From contig NW_019091355.1 of the NCBI RefSeq assembly GCF_001949145.1, positions 4,475,374 through 4,539,373 on the forward strand: a stretch of DNA of 64,000 bases, read 5' to 3'. Source of the DNA: Acanthaster planci. Lineage: Eukaryota. Positions 61,016-64,000 of this stretch are shown piece after piece. Position 1 is the first letter of the stretch; every line of letters starts with the position of its first letter. Position numbers and translations under genes: made by a program. The notes beneath the pieces were generated by a model. The model did not search any database and was not told the origin of the DNA. It worked only from the letters and a program-made list of their open reading frames with translations.

Positions 61016-64000
61016 TACTAGAACCGCGAAAAATGTTCAAAAGGTTTGATGAACTAAAAGGGTAGAGAGTTGCCCTTTAGCCGAAAAACAAATCATGGTT
61101 GAGTTGATTTTTTTTTAACCATGGCACGAATATTTGCGCCTATCCTACACAGAAGCCGCAGTCAAAATGTAGACATCCATCGCTACGGTTCAGTGTCTGT
61201 TCCTATTTACGCCAATTTGTCATCAGTGTCAGTCATGCGCGGCAGGGGTTATTGAAACAAGTTATTTTGCGGGGTTCCCTAGCTCCCCAACGTCCTGTAT
61301 TGGCGTCCCCCTTCACCCGCTCACACTCAACCGCTAGACACGGGCGAAACATTCACAGTTATTCACGTCCTCCATGGTTGGTCTTCAAACGCTCGAGATC
61401 ACTGTGCCATGTACATGCCAAGTTGGATTTTGAGCTGCGGCAGAACCCAATGAGTACCCTCCCTAGAAATGTATAGACTTCCATGGCACCCTCCCCCCTT
61501 TACATCAACTTACTATATTTTGTGAAATGTGGAGACAATACATCTCAAAATTTGACAGAATTTGCCCATAATTATGGAACAGAGAAAAATGGCTTCGTAT
61601 TCGTGAATGCAATAACCAGTCGCAGACTAGTCGGGCTGATCAAATAGGTTGGCCTTTTCGACTGAAGAAAAAAACAAACAAACCTGAAGCCGAAAGTACA
61701 CGTACGCCTTATGTGAAAGTCAACTACATGTACAGCGGTTACGCAGCTATTTTAATATGGCGTATCATTTCAGTTCCAGTAGGCTATCATTGCATTGTGT
61801 ATCTATAGACGTGTACGTCATGGGGAAATTTACATACTTTTTAATTTCATTCTGTCAAACTTTGAAGGAAAAAATCTTTGCACTAACGCTTAATGCATAA
61901 CAAACTCAAACGATGTGGGTGCCAAGATGGCGGACGGTTGATCACACTGCTCACGGGCCCACTTCTATTAGAAATAGCTATTTAAGCACTTACTCGGGCG
62001 CGTGCAGTATTTTAAGTCCTAGCCAAAATAAGTCACATAATGACTGTGGGCTTTTTGAGCAAGTCCAGTTGGTAGAGAAGTCAGTTCGACAAACTCATAG
62101 AATGGCGTCATCAGCAAGTGTCATGTGGGATGAATGCATGTTTCGGGGAAAAAAACAACAAATTGAAATATCCTTTCAGATATTTCTTCGGACCAATTTG
62201 GGATTTCTCTAGGGTTGCCTCTCTCCACAAAAAACCCCAATAAACAATTCAATTGTTGAAAGTCAAAGTTGGCAAAAACAAACAAGAAAATTATTCCTGG
62301 AATTTTAAGTTGACTGGTGATGTCCAACACCCCTATACCAGGCAAGATATGGGACGGAGGGGTACCCCCCCTTACCTGTCCAATCCCTATACACACTGTA
62401 GACTATTGTTACCTAACACACCCCCCTAGAAATCTGTAAAAAAATTCCTGAGATTCCGATCAAACAATGACCAACACAAAGGTGTGTGTGTGTGTGTGGG
62501 GGGGGGGTTCTCTCCGTCTCATATCTCACTTCAAATGTACACCCCTCCCAATTACAATTGTCCCAAAAAAGTCCTGCAGTGGGATCTTCTGAATGACAAT
62601 TGTGAGACTTACGGAGGCCCGCTTACGCCCTGCGTATTGCTCGGGATTAACCTTACACGATCACGGTCTGCTACCGCACAGATGGCAGGGTTCAACAAAT
62701 TTAGTGTGAGCGGTCACGTCGCTGGGAGTAAATTCTCTATGGTTCCATTCTGTTGCTCGATACTTTGCAAAGGGGGACCCCCTCTTTTGCATCTTCTTTT
62801 TTGTCGTAGGAATCTTGGAATTCCTTTCAGATTTCGAGGGCGTGCAGTATTGGTACAATAGCCAAGGGTATAAGCGTTTGCATCACAAGGGACCTTTGAC
62901 ACTGCTGAGTATCGTCTGTTGTCTGTTCCCTGTCTTTATGAGAAGGACTCCTTCGCTACACTAATCTAGCAAGTTCACAAGCCAGAAATTGGGCTAAAGA
63001 TGCAAAACAAATGTGAACCTAGTAGCGACTACTCGCCCACGCCACAACCCCGGACTTAATTGCTCTTGAACGACTTGTTTTCGAGTGTTTGGGATATTTC
63101 TCGAGCAAGAAGGGAGCGAAAAGTACCGTGAACCGTCAAGCGGTGAACCCGTGGCAGCCCGCCCCGTTGTTGATTGCTTTCCCCGGTATCGGCTGCAAGG
63201 GGAATGAGAGTGAATCTAGGCCGTTTAAAGGAGCTGTAAACCAAGCGTTTAGTGTGCAGTCAGCTTGCATAGTTTTATTTTCTGAAAATTTCGTAGGCCT
63301 ACTCAAAGCAAAAATCTGCACTGATAACTGCTGGTGGAACAGAAATGCCTGGCTTTTTATTTACGTGAAAGACTCTAGCATAACTGTCTATTTGTTTTAA
63401 TGAATGTATATTCATATTTATCAATTGAAATTGAAATGCAAGCGCAGTTAGATGAAGACGGTGTGGTCTGAGCAAGTGGTTTATGAGGACTGCATCGGCT
63501 GCTTTGTTAACCATCCCCTGGGTAAGTACATGTACATATATTATGTAGAATAACACTGACAAAAATAAGTAGCTCGCAACAGTAATCTCAGCCTCATATT
63601 GGCTCAGTGCAATGTTTGATTTGATAGGTTTTTGTTTCTATTGGCGAGTGCTTCTTTAATTCAGCAGACTGCAAACTGCGACTGCAGACGCAGGTAAGAA
63701 AAAGTACACGTACGTGCATACCTAGATTTTGGGCCGAGTCGGGCTGCGATCAGTTGCCTGTTTCTCCGCACCGTGATTGATCGCAGAAGGACGCAGCGAT
63801 GACAGGTGCGCTTGTCGGGTGATGACTTTTCGCCATGTCCGACCTAGTTGCATACGTCTGAAATAAAAAAAAAAAGGAAGAAGATGAAGTCTTGTCCATC
63901 AGAGCACCTCAAACTCCTCAGCCGTCTAGTTCCCAACCCGTACCGCCCCTGTCCACCACTAGGGGGGAATAGAAGGGAACCCGGCTTGCCGAGACCTAAT

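Overview
Eukaryotic (animal) genomic DNA, most likely a marine invertebrate bilaterian; the taxon is inferred and not provable here. It holds three intron-containing protein genes. On the minus strand are CCDC6 (9 exons found, 3049-14597, stop-containing last exon not found) and a complete SLC25A16 Graves-disease/CoA-type mitochondrial carrier (9 exons, 17642-23718, 300 aa). On the plus strand is a Pitx homeobox gene (K50 homeodomain plus OAR motif, 37161/46701-57490) with two candidate alternative first coding exons, lying in a long gene-poor stretch. Between SLC25A16 and Pitx are a ~230-bp tandem array with flanking direct repeats and a decayed LINE 3' end. Several MITE/foldback families are scattered throughout. 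Most other ORFs in the track are spurious. I found no clearly new biological system. The best leads are the dual-first-exon Pitx architecture, an inverted Pbx-Hox motif pair upstream of the proximal Pitx exon, two CCDC6 microexons, and a compositional boundary (CpG and TACATGTA) suggesting mosaic methylation.
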